Of a stretch of DNA of 64,000 nt, positions 54,618 through 63,939 are shown in pieces; positions within the stretch are counted from its first letter, which is position 1, and each line of letters starts with the position of its first letter. Source of the stretch: Candidatus Undinarchaeales archaeon (GTDB lineage Archaea; SpSt-1190; JASMDC01). Where the stretch lies: the NCBI GenBank assembly GCA_030753015.1, contig JASMDC010000012.1:28734-92733 (forward strand), in the 5' to 3' direction. The notes beneath the pieces were generated by a model that ran no database searches, was not told the origin of the DNA, and worked only from the letters and a program-made list of their open reading frames with translations. Made by a program: the position numbers and the translations under genes.

Positions 54618-57600
54618 TCAAGGGCTGAGGTTGGACTTACTGTCGTCGGTGGGGATGCCGCTGTCGGACTTACAGACACCGGTATAGCAGTGCTCACCCT
54701 CCGGGCACTTGCAGTCCTTTTCACAAGAGCAGTCCTCATTGACATCACATGTGCCGTCGCCGCAGAATGGATCTGGTTTGCCGCAACCCGATATGGGAGC
54801 ATACTTGCAGACACCACCGTCATTCGCATCGCAGAAATCTTCCGTGCACGGGTTCTTGTCGTCGCAGTCGAGCTTCTTGCCGAGGCACTCCCCATCCTGG
54901 CAGGTGTCGCTCTTGGTACACGCCGAGCCGTCATCGCAGGCGATATCGCCCTTGAGCGACTTGAAGACACACTTGCCCGTCTTCTTGTCACAACTGTCGC
55001 TGGTGCAGGCCTCTTTGTCGTCGCATGTCCTCAGCTCGCCGCCTCTACATTTGCCACTGTCGCAGATGTCATACTCCGTGCACCCGTCGCCGTCGTCGCA
55101 GATAGTTCCATCTTCCGGATAGTTATTGCACTTGCCGGTCTCAGGATCACAGGCGTCGATCGTGCAGGGATTACCGTCATCGCAGTTCTTCCCCGCGCAG
55201 AGATCTTGTGGCTCTCCGCAGTCACCGGTGGTGATCTTCTCGTGCCTGCACTGACCCTCGGCGCAGAAGTCCTTTGTGCACGGATCGTTGTCGTCTCCGC
55301 AGAACATGCTGGCGCAAGGATCCTGAGTGCCCGTGTCCTCGCAATGATCGACACAGTCCTGCTTGCACTGCTCCTCGGGGAGACCGTCCTCGTACCGGCA
55401 GTACCAGATGCAGGTTCCGCAGTAGTTGTCCGCGGGCGGCTTGGGCGGTTTCTGGATCTCCCCGCACACACATTGCCCACTGCTGTCACACATCGGATCT
55501 ATGCACTTGAGGTTGGAACAGTCGTCATCGTTCTGGCAGCCGGGATCGTCGATCGGGGTGGGTACGGGGGAGGGCCCCTCACTACCAAGGCACTGTTTGG
55601 CACACTCAAGCTTCACACCACAGGCCTCTGCCTCAGCGCTTGAGGGATTCACAACGCCTAATGCCCTAACGATGCCCGCGAGGCACTCGTTGTCCCCGCC
55701 GCAATCGAGAGCGCACTCACAGGAGCGCTTGCAGCGGTAGTCGTCCCCGCATTCCTTGAAACAATCCCCATATTCCTCTGGTCCGAGGCACGGATTGATA
55801 CAGTCCCAGTCGCCCTTGCACTCGTTCTTGACATCGCACTTGCACATTCGAATGCAGCGCGGGTGGTCAGTGCCCGAGTCCGGGCATTTATCCTGGATAC
55901 ACACTTCGACCGGGTTCACGGGCATGGATGTCGGTGACGGGATGCCGGGATCGAAGCCCATGCACTCCTCGACGCACCGGTAGTCGCCCTCGCACTTGAC
56001 GAAACACTCGCACTTGAGCTTGCAGCGGTCCTGCTCCGCAGCCGGCGCATATCGGCACCGCTCTTCGTAGCACTGCCTGATCATGGTTTCCGGGTCCTCG
56101 GGCATGGGCGGTTTATCGTCCATCTTCTCACAACAGACCTCTTCTTCAAACTTGCAGGAGAAGGGCGCACCATAGGTGCCCGGCGGACAGCCCTTGGCAT
56201 AGTGCGCGCAGAAGGTACGCGGTACCTGACCGCATTCCTTTTCTCTTTCGGGCCGAGGCATACAGCAGACTTCGCGTGAGTCCGCACAGGGGATGTCAAT
56301 CTTCTCCATATCACTGGAGCATCCCTCGATGTAGTAGTTACATAAGCCGTTGTGCTGCTGACAGGGTGATGTCTCCCAGGTCCCTCCGGAGCCGATATCG
56401 CCCTCGGCCGGCCGGCAACCGCGATCGTCGGCGTTCGGGTGGCCGATGTCGCACACGGGCAGTTCGGACAGGTCGCACGGACAGTCTATCTTGCAATTGC
56501 AGTCCTCGCCAACGGTGTAGTCGCACACACCGTCGCCGCAGAAACCCTCGTCGGCCTGACCGCCGATCCGACATATCGGACCACACTTCTGCTTGCACTC
56601 CTCCTCGCGGAGGTTGTTGCGCTTGCACATCTGCTTGCACTCGTCGCAGGGATTGAATTCGATAGGTGGCATCGGCATGGGGATGGGTCCGGGCATTATC
56701 CCGGGCGGCCTCCCGGGCTCGCCGAGGAACCGCTCCATGCAGGCCCGCATACAGAATCCGCGATCGATACTGCGCTCATGGCGGCACTTATCCTCGCAGA
56801 TGCGGCCAGGATCCTCGGGCTTGTCGTCACTGATTCTGTCTAGGAACCTGTCGCTCGGACCGCATACGCACATGCCGTCGAAGCAGCGGGGTGTGTCCTG
56901 TCCGATCATCATGGGGCATATGAGGTCGCGACAGTCGCCGTCCTGGCGGCACTCCTTCTCCTCCTCGCGTCCTTCGCGTTCCTTGCCCATGCACTTGGAC
57001 ACGCAGAGCTTCTTCTCGGTGAAGTCGCGAGCGTCAGCGCACTTCTTCGCGATACAGTAATCGAGCAGGCGCTTTGCCTTGTTGCCCGAGTCACGCCGTT
57101 CATCCATGCACCGGTCCATGCACTCGAAGCGGTCGCGGCCCTTCTTCTCCTTACAGGCGTTCTGACACCGGCCCACGCCCTCGTCGCCGATTATGTTATC
57201 TGACTTCTCCTCGGCGCAGTCGTACACGAACTCCTTGACCTTGTGCTCGCAGACGTCCTCGCACTTACGCTTGCACAGACCCTTCGAGAAGCGCTTCACT
57301 TCCTTGCACTCCTTATAGACCTTGCACTTCTCCTCACCTGTCGAGGTTTCCTCGCACTTCTTCGTAGCGCGACAGACCTCCTCTACGACCTCATCGCCTT
57401 CACCACAGTCGCCGAGGCAGGAGTCGAAACAGAGACCGCGGATCTGGTGAGCCTCCTTCATGCACTGGCGCTTGACGTCGTCGCGCTCTCCGCGGGCCAT
57501 GAGATCGGCCTCGCAGGACATGTGGCATTCGTCGCGGTCGATACTGGAATCCACCTCGCACTTGAAGTGGCAGACCTCCATGGCGAACCGCGGATCGGTA

Positions 57601-59786
57601 AAGAAGCGCTCGCCGACACACGAGGGCACGCACTCCTTCAGTTCGGTCCGACATTTCTCGTCGCCCATATCTTCGCACTTATTGAAGCAGCTGTTAGCGT
57701 CATCGTGACATTCATTGGCGAACTTGTCGACATCCTGGAAGCACTCATCGACGGCACGGCGACCCTCCTCATCGATCTCGTCACACTTGAGGTAGCAATA
57801 CTCGGCCTCGTTGGGATCCTCGATAGTGTCACACTCTTCGAAGCAGCGACCGATGATCTCATCGAACTCGTACTGCTTGTTGATCTGTTCCTCACAGCGT
57901 CGCCGGAGCTTTTCTGCGCCATCTTCGCAACGTCGCCCAAGCCCCTCGCACCGCTGACCACAGTCCCCGATGCGTCGCATGCAGCGGTCCATGCCGCCCA
58001 TGCACTTGTCGCGGCACATCATGATGCGGTCCTCGAACACGGCCTCCTTGCGGTGTGATTTGAGCTCCTGCCTGAAGTTGGCGAGGCCTTCTTTGTCGTC
58101 CTTGCCCTTTTGCATGGTGAGGGTAACGCACTTCTGGAGATTCTCCTTGATCTTGGATGCCAGTGCCTTTACCTTGGCGTAATCGTTCGCGTTGAAGGCC
58201 TCCTCGCCCTCGGTGTAGAGCTGCTCGGCCTTGTCGACCAGCTCACCGCAATCATCGGCGAGCAGACCGGCCTCTTCGGCACGCTCGTAGAACGCCTTGA
58301 ACTTATCGAGCTCACGATGGAACTGCTCTACGAACTTGTCCATGTTATTGCGCTCACGGTCGAGGAATCCCTCGATGACCTCGCGCTTCCGCTCGGTATC
58401 TGCGCCATAGAATTCGTTGGCGCCCTCATAACTGGCGCTCTTTGCGAGGTTGAAGGCCTTCTTGATGAGTTGGTGTGCGCGAACGTAGTCGTCCACGTTG
58501 TTGGAACCCTCGGCGGTTGTGAACGCCTCCTCAGCCTCAGCGATGATCTTCTTTGCTTCCTCAAGGACCGTCTTTGCCTTCGCGAGGTCCTCGATCTGAT
58601 CATCGCTCTCGGCTTCCGCCTCGAGCGAAAGGAGGTAACTGTCCGCTTCGTCGAGCAGGGCAGTGGCCTTCTCTAGCTCGGCGGCGACGCGCTTTGCGAT
58701 CTGAGCGCGCTTCTCAAGGAGCTTCTCCTGTGTCTTCTTGAGCTCGTTCACACGCTTCTGCTTCCATTTGGCCTTGTTGCGATTGACGAAGTCCACGAGC
58801 TTCTTCTCGACGTTGGCCGTGGAGAGCGCCTCGACATGGATGCCCTCCATGAGGAGGAGCTGGGCTGCTACCTTGCTGACGAGTACAGGGATCCCAACGA
58901 CCTTGACGTTCTTGATCTCGTTGGTCTTGACGAACTCGATGACGTCGGGGATCTCACTCTCGTCGGAGATGATCTTCCGGGCGGACACATCAGCAGTGGT
59001 GGGCATGGAGATGGCCGACAAGAAGTCGTTCGCACCGGTCGCGATCACAACGAGGTCCTCTATGACGGTCTCCTTCTTGAGCTCTTCAAAAGCCTTGTCC
59101 TCGAGCTTCTTGATGACCTCCTTCTCGTCCTCGCCGGAGATGACCTCGATTTCGATGTCGAGGTTCTTGAGCTCAGTGGTGACGTTCTCACCGAATCTGG
59201 TACCAACAAGGAAGACCTTGATGACACCGAGATCATTAAGGGCATTGCTTGTCTCGGCAGAGAGCGCGTCCCCCGATGTGAGCAGCACGGGTATCTTCTT
59301 CGCGGACGCAAGGCCCTTCGCCATGCTCAGTTGCATATGCTCATATCCTTCGGATCCATCGGCGTCCCCGATGATGTCGTACACGAGCACGGCTTCGTCA
59401 GCACCCTCCTGCCACATATAGGTGGCGAACTCTGCGGCCGTTCCAAAACGGGATACACCCCAGGTACGTATGACCTCGAAGCCGTCCGCTTTGAGCTTTT
59501 CTTCGATATCTGTGGAAATGACGGAACTGCCACCCACGAGGATGATATTCTGTGGCCGTGTGTCGCTAAGGAACGTGGCCACCTCCTCTGGCAGTTCATC
59601 GGCGGGCGTCAGAAGAACGGGGATTCCCGCTTTGTCCGATCCTGCACCCGCGATAATAGCATCAGGGTAGTTGTCTCTGGTCGCCAGGATAACTGCGTCC
59701 AGCTCTCCTCCCGACTGGGAGGTACACAGCACGGCGATCATGAGCATGATGACCGTGAACATACGGAGGTTACGCGGAGGTACCAT
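54618..59786 (-). CDS. Giant secreted CWB2-anchor protein with a Cys-rich C-terminal two-thirds
   Basis: Likely start MVPPRN at 59786 (TATA about 30 nt upstream); signal peptide; NYPDA.....PVLLT..ELP....LVGG.SVIS...GVSRFGTA; CxxxC helical arrays; CDDGNPCT.D.CD...G.C Dictyostelium-type repeats. Confidence 0.9.
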   Translation of the reverse strand: MVPPRNLRMFTVIMLMIAVLCTSQSGGELDAVILATRDNYPDAIIAGAGSDKAGIPVLLTPADELPEEVATFLSDTRPQNIILVGGSSVISTDIEEKLKADGFEVIRTWGVSRFGTAAEFATYMWQEGADEAVLVYDIIGDADGSEGYEHMQLSMAKGLASAKKIPVLLTSGDALSAETSNALNDLGVIKVFLVGTRFGENVTTELKNLDIEIEVISGEDEKEVIKKLEDKAFEELKKETVIEDLVVIATGANDFLSAISMPTTADVSARKIISDESEIPDVIEFVKTNEIKNVKVVGIPVLVSKVAAQLLLMEGIHVEALSTANVEKKLVDFVNRNKAKWKQKRVNELKKTQEKLLEKRAQIAKRVAAELEKATALLDEADSYLLSLEAEAESDDQIEDLAKAKTVLEEAKKIIAEAEEAFTTAEGSNNVDDYVRAHQLIKKAFNLAKSASYEGANEFYGADTERKREVIEGFLDRERNNMDKFVEQFHRELDKFKAFYERAEEAGLLADDCGELVDKAEQLYTEGEEAFNANDYAKVKALASKIKENLQKCVTLTMQKGKDDKEGLANFRQELKSHRKEAVFEDRIMMCRDKCMGGMDRCMRRIGDCGQRCEGLGRRCEDGAEKLRRRCEEQINKQYEFDEIIGRCFEECDTIEDPNEAEYCYLKCDEIDEEGRRAVDECFQDVDKFANECHDDANSCFNKCEDMGDEKCRTELKECVPSCVGERFFTDPRFAMEVCHFKCEVDSSIDRDECHMSCEADLMARGERDDVKRQCMKEAHQIRGLCFDSCLGDCGEGDEVVEEVCRATKKCEETSTGEEKCKVYKECKEVKRFSKGLCKRKCEDVCEHKVKEFVYDCAEEKSDNIIGDEGVGRCQNACKEKKGRDRFECMDRCMDERRDSGNKAKRLLDYCIAKKCADARDFTEKKLCVSKCMGKEREGREEEKECRQDGDCRDLICPMMIGQDTPRCFDGMCVCGPSDRFLDRISDDKPEDPGRICEDKCRHERSIDRGFCMRACMERFLGEPGRPPGIMPGPIPMPMPPIEFNPCDECKQMCKRNNLREEECKQKCGPICRIGGQADEGFCGDGVCDYTVGEDCNCKIDCPCDLSELPVCDIGHPNADDRGCRPAEGDIGSGGTWETSPCQQHNGLCNYYIEGCSSDMEKIDIPCADSREVCCMPRPEREKECGQVPRTFCAHYAKGCPPGTYGAPFSCKFEEEVCCEKMDDKPPMPEDPETMIRQCYEERCRYAPAAEQDRCKLKCECFVKCEGDYRCVEECMGFDPGIPSPTSMPVNPVEVCIQDKCPDSGTDHPRCIRMCKCDVKNECKGDWDCINPCLGPEEYGDCFKECGDDYRCKRSCECALDCGGDNECLAGIVRALGVVNPSSAEAEACGVKLECAKQCLGSEGPSPVPTPIDDPGCQNDDDCSNLKCIDPMCDSSGQCVCGEIQKPPKPPADNYCGTCIWYCRYEDGLPEEQCKQDCVDHCEDTGTQDPCASMFCGDDNDPCTKDFCAEGQCRHEKITTGDCGEPQDLCAGKNCDDGNPCTIDACDPETGKCNNYPEDGTICDDGDGCTEYDICDSGKCRGGELRTCDDKEACTSDSCDKKTGKCVFKSLKGDIACDDGSACTKSDTCQDGECLGKKLDCDDKNPCTEDFCDANDGGVCKYAPISGCGKPDPFCGDGTCDVNEDCSCEKDCKCPEGEHCYTGVCKSDSGIPTDDSKSNLSP

Positions 59787-59803
59787 GGCCTCATACTCTG
59801 TCT

Positions 59804-59837
59804 GGAACGGTATATATAATCTCCTCGGAACCGTTCC
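59804..59837. promoter_or_regulatory. Inverted repeat straddling the TATA box of the giant gene
   Basis: GGAACGGT-[ATATATAATCTCCTCGGA]-ACCGTTCC. Confidence 0.55.
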
Positions 59838-60078
59838 TGTAACGAAATTCGTAACGACGTTGAATCTGTAAAATACCGAAAAACGGGAGATTATTGTTCC
59901 TGACGGTTCCATGGACGTAGAAATCGATTGGATTCAGAAATGGACCACATATATCTCGCTTAATAACATATGATAAGGAACAGTGCGAGAATATCACACT
60001 TTTTTCGCACGTTACGATCAATAGAACAAAGTGGATGTGTCCATAGGTTTTGTGAAAACCGCTCTTTCGAGGCTTTCT

Positions 60079-60171
60079 TTATAATCCTGGGGGTTCCAGT
60101 GTGAGGTAGAAATAAATCGATACTACGATGATCAGAAGCCCTGTCCCGACGACCAGAATCTCATGGATCAT
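60079..60171 (-). CDS. Putative 30-aa single-TM microprotein
   Basis: MIHEILVVGTGLLIIVVSIYFYLTLEPPGL; TATAAA about 38 nt upstream on the minus strand. Confidence 0.45.
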   Translation of the reverse strand: MIHEILVVGTGLLIIVVSIYFYLTLEPPGL

Positions 60172-60316
60172 AATTATTTTCCCGTGTATGTGAAACGTCC
60201 GATAAAGTTTATACAAGCTGTGTATATACTCTATTGACCATCGGTCCTGAACACTGAAGGAAACGTGATGTATTTTAAACTTGGGGCCAAGGGATGGACT
60301 CGACGTGGTGGGGACC

Positions 60317-61201
60317 ATGATTCCTGATGCCGTGATTGAGGACGTGACCGTGGGCCTTCTTAGGAGGGCCACTGTGGACCTCCCTACGGACGTGGAACAA
60401 ACCCTTCGGAAGGCAGAGGGCGATGAGACTGATCCCCTTGCTAAAAGTGAGCTCAGATGCGTACTGGACAACAGTATAGCTGCAAGGGAGGATGGAGTGC
60501 CACTCTGTCAGGATACCGGACTGCCCGTGTTCTTCATACTGCTCGGTGCCCACGCACGCACAGCCGACCTCCCAGGTGCAATCAGACGCGGAGTTGTGAG
60601 GGCCACGGATGAGCTTCCCTTGCGACCGAACGCAGTCCATCCTCTCTCACGGGAAAACACAGGAACCAACACCGGTCAGGGCGTACCGCACCTCATCATC
60701 GAGCTTGTACCCGGTCGCGATGATGTGGAGCTTTGGGCTGTCCCCAAGGGTGCCGGCTCGGAGAACATGAGCGCGCTCGCAATGCTCAATCCGGACGACG
60801 GGGAAGAGGGTGTCGAGCGGTTCGTGGTCGACACTGTTCTCGCAGCAGGGGGGCGACCATGCCCACCGACCGTTGTGGGGGTCGGCATCGGAGGGTGCGC
60901 TGACGAAGCGCTCCTTCTCGCACGGCGAGCGCTCCTTCGTACTCTCGGGACGCCTCATGATGATCCGGAACTGGGTGCGTTCGAGCACCGATGCCAAGAG
61001 CGGCTCAACGCGTCTGGGATCGGCCCCATGGGTCTTGGTGGTGATACCACAGTCCTTGCAGTGCATGCTCTTTCTGCCTGCTGTCACACAGCTTCGCTCC
61101 CTGTAGGTGTCGTGGTCCAGTGCTGGGCTGACCGACGTGCAGGTGCACGCATCACCGCCGATGGCGCCGTGGTGGAGCTCACAGGGGGTCTGTCACTGTG
61201 A
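60317..61201 (+). CDS. Fe-S hydro-lyase (class I fumarate hydratase/tartrate dehydratase) alpha subunit
   Basis: [30 protein letters not shown]. Confidence 0.95.
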   Translation: MIPDAVIEDVTVGLLRRATVDLPTDVEQTLRKAEGDETDPLAKSELRCVLDNSIAAREDGVPLCQDTGLPVFFILLGAHARTADLPGAIRRGVVRATDELPLRPNAVHPLSRENTGTNTGQGVPHLIIELVPGRDDVELWAVPKGAGSENMSALAMLNPDDGEEGVERFVVDTVLAAGGRPCPPTVVGVGIGGCADEALLLARRALLRTLGTPHDDPELGAFEHRCQERLNASGIGPMGLGGDTTVLAVHALSACCHTASLPVGVVVQCWADRRAGARITADGAVVELTGGLSL

Positions 61202-61773
61202 AGGACCGCAACGTCATACGGCTCAAAGTCCCATTGACCCGGGGCGATGTCTCACTCCTTAAGGTGGGTGACCGTGTTCTTCTGTCAGGTACAATCGTGA
61301 CGGCCCGGGACCGGGCCCATCGACGCATCATCGAAGTACTTGATACCGGGACTCCCCTTCCCGTGGACCTTACCCGTGGCGTGATTTTCCATTGTGGACC
61401 CCTTGTCCGGAAGGACGGCCCGGGATGGCATGTCGTCTCCGCAGGTCCCACGACATCTGCCCGACTGGATGAGCTGGCGCCGGAGGTAATTCACAGGTGC
61501 GGTGTGCGAGCTATCATCGGCAAGGGCGGGATGGGCTCCAGGACCGCAACCGCTCTGCAGAATGACACTTGCGTGTACCTCGCAATGACCGGTGGTACGG
61601 CTGCCCTTGGTGCCCGGGCAGTACGCCGTGTCCGTGAGGTCCATTGGCTCGACCTTGGGATGCCCGAGGCACTCTGGGTAATGGATGTGGAGGACCTCGG
61701 TCCGCTCACAGTTGCCATGGATGCCCATGGTGGCGACCTCTACGACCGGGCAACGGGAGCACATGGTACTTAG
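61198..61773 (+). CDS. Fe-S hydro-lyase (class I fumarate hydratase) beta subunit
   Basis: TARDRAH, HCGP, GPTTS.R, IGKGGM, DLGMPEA, D.HG. Confidence 0.95.
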   Translation: MKDRNVIRLKVPLTRGDVSLLKVGDRVLLSGTIVTARDRAHRRIIEVLDTGTPLPVDLTRGVIFHCGPLVRKDGPGWHVVSAGPTTSARLDELAPEVIHRCGVRAIIGKGGMGSRTATALQNDTCVYLAMTGGTAALGARAVRRVREVHWLDLGMPEALWVMDVEDLGPLTVAMDAHGGDLYDRATGAHGT

Positions 61774-62002
61774 GCGCGCTTCGTACGTCCACCAGGATCC
61801 ACAATAGATGTATCTCCCGGGTACGGGGGGATCGCATCGTACAGACCGATTGGTGTACACATCAGCTGTTCACACACAATCGCCAAGAAGAATGCGACAG
61901 CGGTACCCAAATCCCCGAACGGTCTGACATCGCGTTATCCCTTCAGGTATTCCACGCCTTCGCATGTGTTGCTTTTTATATCATTATTGACATAGAGCGA
62001 CC

Positions 62003-62371
62003 ATGGTGGAAGATAGGACCACGCTGACCACGGGGTACGGTGTGATAATGGCCATTGTGCTCCTGGCGACGATCGTCCTTACCTATAATTTCGTTCAGGC
62101 GCAGGGATTCGACCGTCTGGGAGCAAGGGGGAACAGTGAGGAGCGGATGTTCTCATTGGCGTTCGTGTTCCTCCTCTCGTCACTTATCGGTCTGACTCTC
62201 GGGTTCGTGACCCTGTTCTACAAGATCGACCACATCCGGCTCGACCTCGTTGAGAGCCAGTCGGGCATCGCGGAGCGACTGGAACAGATCGCCGATACGC
62301 TTGCCCCCGAGGACGTGAGCGAAACGGTGGAGAAGGAGCCTAAGAAGACCTCAAAGCAGAAGGAGGAATAG
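62003..62371 (+). CDS. Two-TM hypothetical protein
   Basis: Two TMs then LFYKIDHIRLDLVE; TTTTTATA upstream. Confidence 0.8.
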   Translation: MVEDRTTLTTGYGVIMAIVLLATIVLTYNFVQAQGFDRLGARGNSEERMFSLAFVFLLSSLIGLTLGFVTLFYKIDHIRLDLVESQSGIAERLEQIADTLAPEDVSETVEKEPKKTSKQKEE

Positions 62372-62375
62372 ACTA

Positions 62376-62702
62376 GTGTTCGAAGCCCGGCGTCAGCTTA
62401 ACCGGTATGCCTTCTTCGTGGAGATAGTGGTCATCCTCGTACTGGCCACTTACATCTCATCCCGGTTCTTCGGCGCAGCAAATTCGAGCCCTTCTAGGGC
62501 CCTCGGTCAGATGTACGATCAGACACTGGAGGTATCGTTCCTCCTCATGTTCCTCACTCTCATCACAGCTGTTCTTGGTTTGGCGACAGTGTACTACAAG
62601 GTGGACGGTATCAATCTCGATATCCTTGAGGGAAGGGCCAAGATGTTCTATGCCCTCGACCATGTCCTTGTCAGCGCCCGGACTCGACGCGAACGGAGAT
62701 AA
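62376..62702 (+). CDS. Two-TM hypothetical protein (paralog of 62003-62371)
   Basis: Two TMs then VYYKVDGINLDILE. Confidence 0.8.
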   Translation: MFEARRQLNRYAFFVEIVVILVLATYISSRFFGAANSSPSRALGQMYDQTLEVSFLLMFLTLITAVLGLATVYYKVDGINLDILEGRAKMFYALDHVLVSARTRRERR

Positions 62703-62706
62703 GGTC

Positions 62707-62826
62707 TCATTCGACTTTTTCGGTGGTGCTCATGTAGATATTGACGGAGAAATAGATGAGATAGATCCCGACAAAGAAATGAAGTTCATCGTACGTCATA
62801 TCCGGCCAGGACTTGTTATCGTGCAT
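62707..62826 (-). CDS. Possible 39-aa single-TM microprotein
   Basis: MHDNKSWPDMTYDELHFFVGIYLIYFSVNIYMSTTEKVE; stop lies 4 nt from the convergent gene's stop. Confidence 0.35.
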   Translation of the reverse strand: MHDNKSWPDMTYDELHFFVGIYLIYFSVNIYMSTTEKVE

Positions 62827-62940
62827 AGGTTGTCTTTTCCAGGACGTTGAATCCCCTCAGATGGAGTGAAGCACCCGGACATCGCAATTTTACACGCGTA
62901 TCTTTTTAAGAGTGGCTGCGCCAATTGGATGTGGCCTTCC

Positions 62941-63939
62941 ATGGCAACGGAGAAGAACCGTGCGGGCGGGGGACAAGCGTCTTCGTCGAAGAGTGATTCG
63001 GACCAAGGATCGAACAAAAGAGAGACGAAGGATTCCAGTGGACCTTCAAGGCCCAAGCTCTCGCGATCCGAGGCCCTTACCAAGGCACGTAAGGCTGCAT
63101 CCCAAAAGGACTGGAAAGAGGCTGCCGAACTGTTCGTTCAGGCAGAGGAATGGCTCCAAGCGGCCACTGCGCTCGAGAAATCGAAATCATGGATCGAGGC
63201 GGCCGATGCCTGGAAGAAGATGGGTGCCTGGGTCGATGCCGGTAGGTGCTATACGAAGGCGGGCGAACATCTTCAAGCTGCAGAGGCACTGGAGAAAGCA
63301 GAGAAGTATAATTATGCTGCCGAGTCCTACCGCTTGGCCGGATACCCGTCCAAGGCGGCCCGTCTTTGGATGATGCGGGGGGATCCAAGCAAAGCTCTTA
63401 CTCTTTACCAGCAAGGCGGAAATCCCGCCGGGGTTGGCCAATGCTATGCGGCCCTCGGCCAATGGAAGGATGCTGCATCTCATTACGAGAAGGGTGAGAA
63501 GTGGATCGAGGCCGCACGGTGCTGGGAACGCGTAGGTGAGCACCAAAAGGCCATCGACGACTACCTCAAGGGAGGCGATGCTATAGGTGCAACCTGGGCA
63601 AAGAAGCGCCTGGAGATGAAACGAGGCACAAGTGGGAAAGCGGCGCCCGCAAAGGCAGCCACTCCGGCTAAACGGCAACAACGGTCCTCGCTCGGGCGAT
63701 TGAAAGATAGACTAGTATCGGGAGACAAGAGAGAAGACTCCGGAGAGGAGCCCGAGAGAGAGGAGAAGGACGTTCTTGAGAAGTCCGTGGTCCCCGAGAA
63801 AGAGTTAAAACCTGCTGAGGAAGAGGCCCCCAAAGAGGAAGCGACTCCTGAAGCGGAAGAAGCCCCCGAAGCGGAAGAAGCCCCCGAAGCGGAAGAAGCT
63901 CCTGAAGAGGTACCAATTCAACACTGCTTTGTTGCATAA
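62941..63939 (+). CDS. Alpha-solenoid protein with about 13-residue W..AA..[YFW].K repeats and disordered termini
   Basis: WKEAAELFVQAEE WLQAATALEKSKS WIEAADAWKKMGA WVDAGRCYTKAGE...; acidic EAPEAE tail; TTTTTAAG upstream. Confidence 0.85.
   Translation: MATEKNRAGGGQASSSKSDSDQGSNKRETKDSSGPSRPKLSRSEALTKARKAASQKDWKEAAELFVQAEEWLQAATALEKSKSWIEAADAWKKMGAWVDAGRCYTKAGEHLQAAEALEKAEKYNYAAESYRLAGYPSKAARLWMMRGDPSKALTLYQQGGNPAGVGQCYAALGQWKDAASHYEKGEKWIEAARCWERVGEHQKAIDDYLKGGDAIGATWAKKRLEMKRGTSGKAAPAKAATPAKRQQRSSLGRLKDRLVSGDKREDSGEEPEREEKDVLEKSVVPEKELKPAEEEAPKEEATPEAEEAPEAEEAPEAEEAPEEVPIQHCFVA
63848..63906. repeat. 18-bp tandem repeat, about 3 copies (PEAEEA)
   Basis: gaagcggaagaagc(c/t)cc(c/t) repeated. 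Confidence 0.85.

Noticed and set aside
60079-60471. 130-aa minus-strand ORF
   Set aside because: Overlaps the fumarase alpha gene; only the last 30 codons look like a plausible microprotein.
61774-62002. Possible ncRNA or small ORF after the fumarase genes
   Set aside because: Only short ORFs without convincing starts and no clear stable structure by eye.
31467-63939. A proto-vesicle-coat system combining the MHD-like protein, solenoid, DDxF protein and Tyr-rich tails
   Set aside because: The genes are unlinked, each resemblance is weak, and the beta-sandwich protein may face outward; kept only as separate observations.
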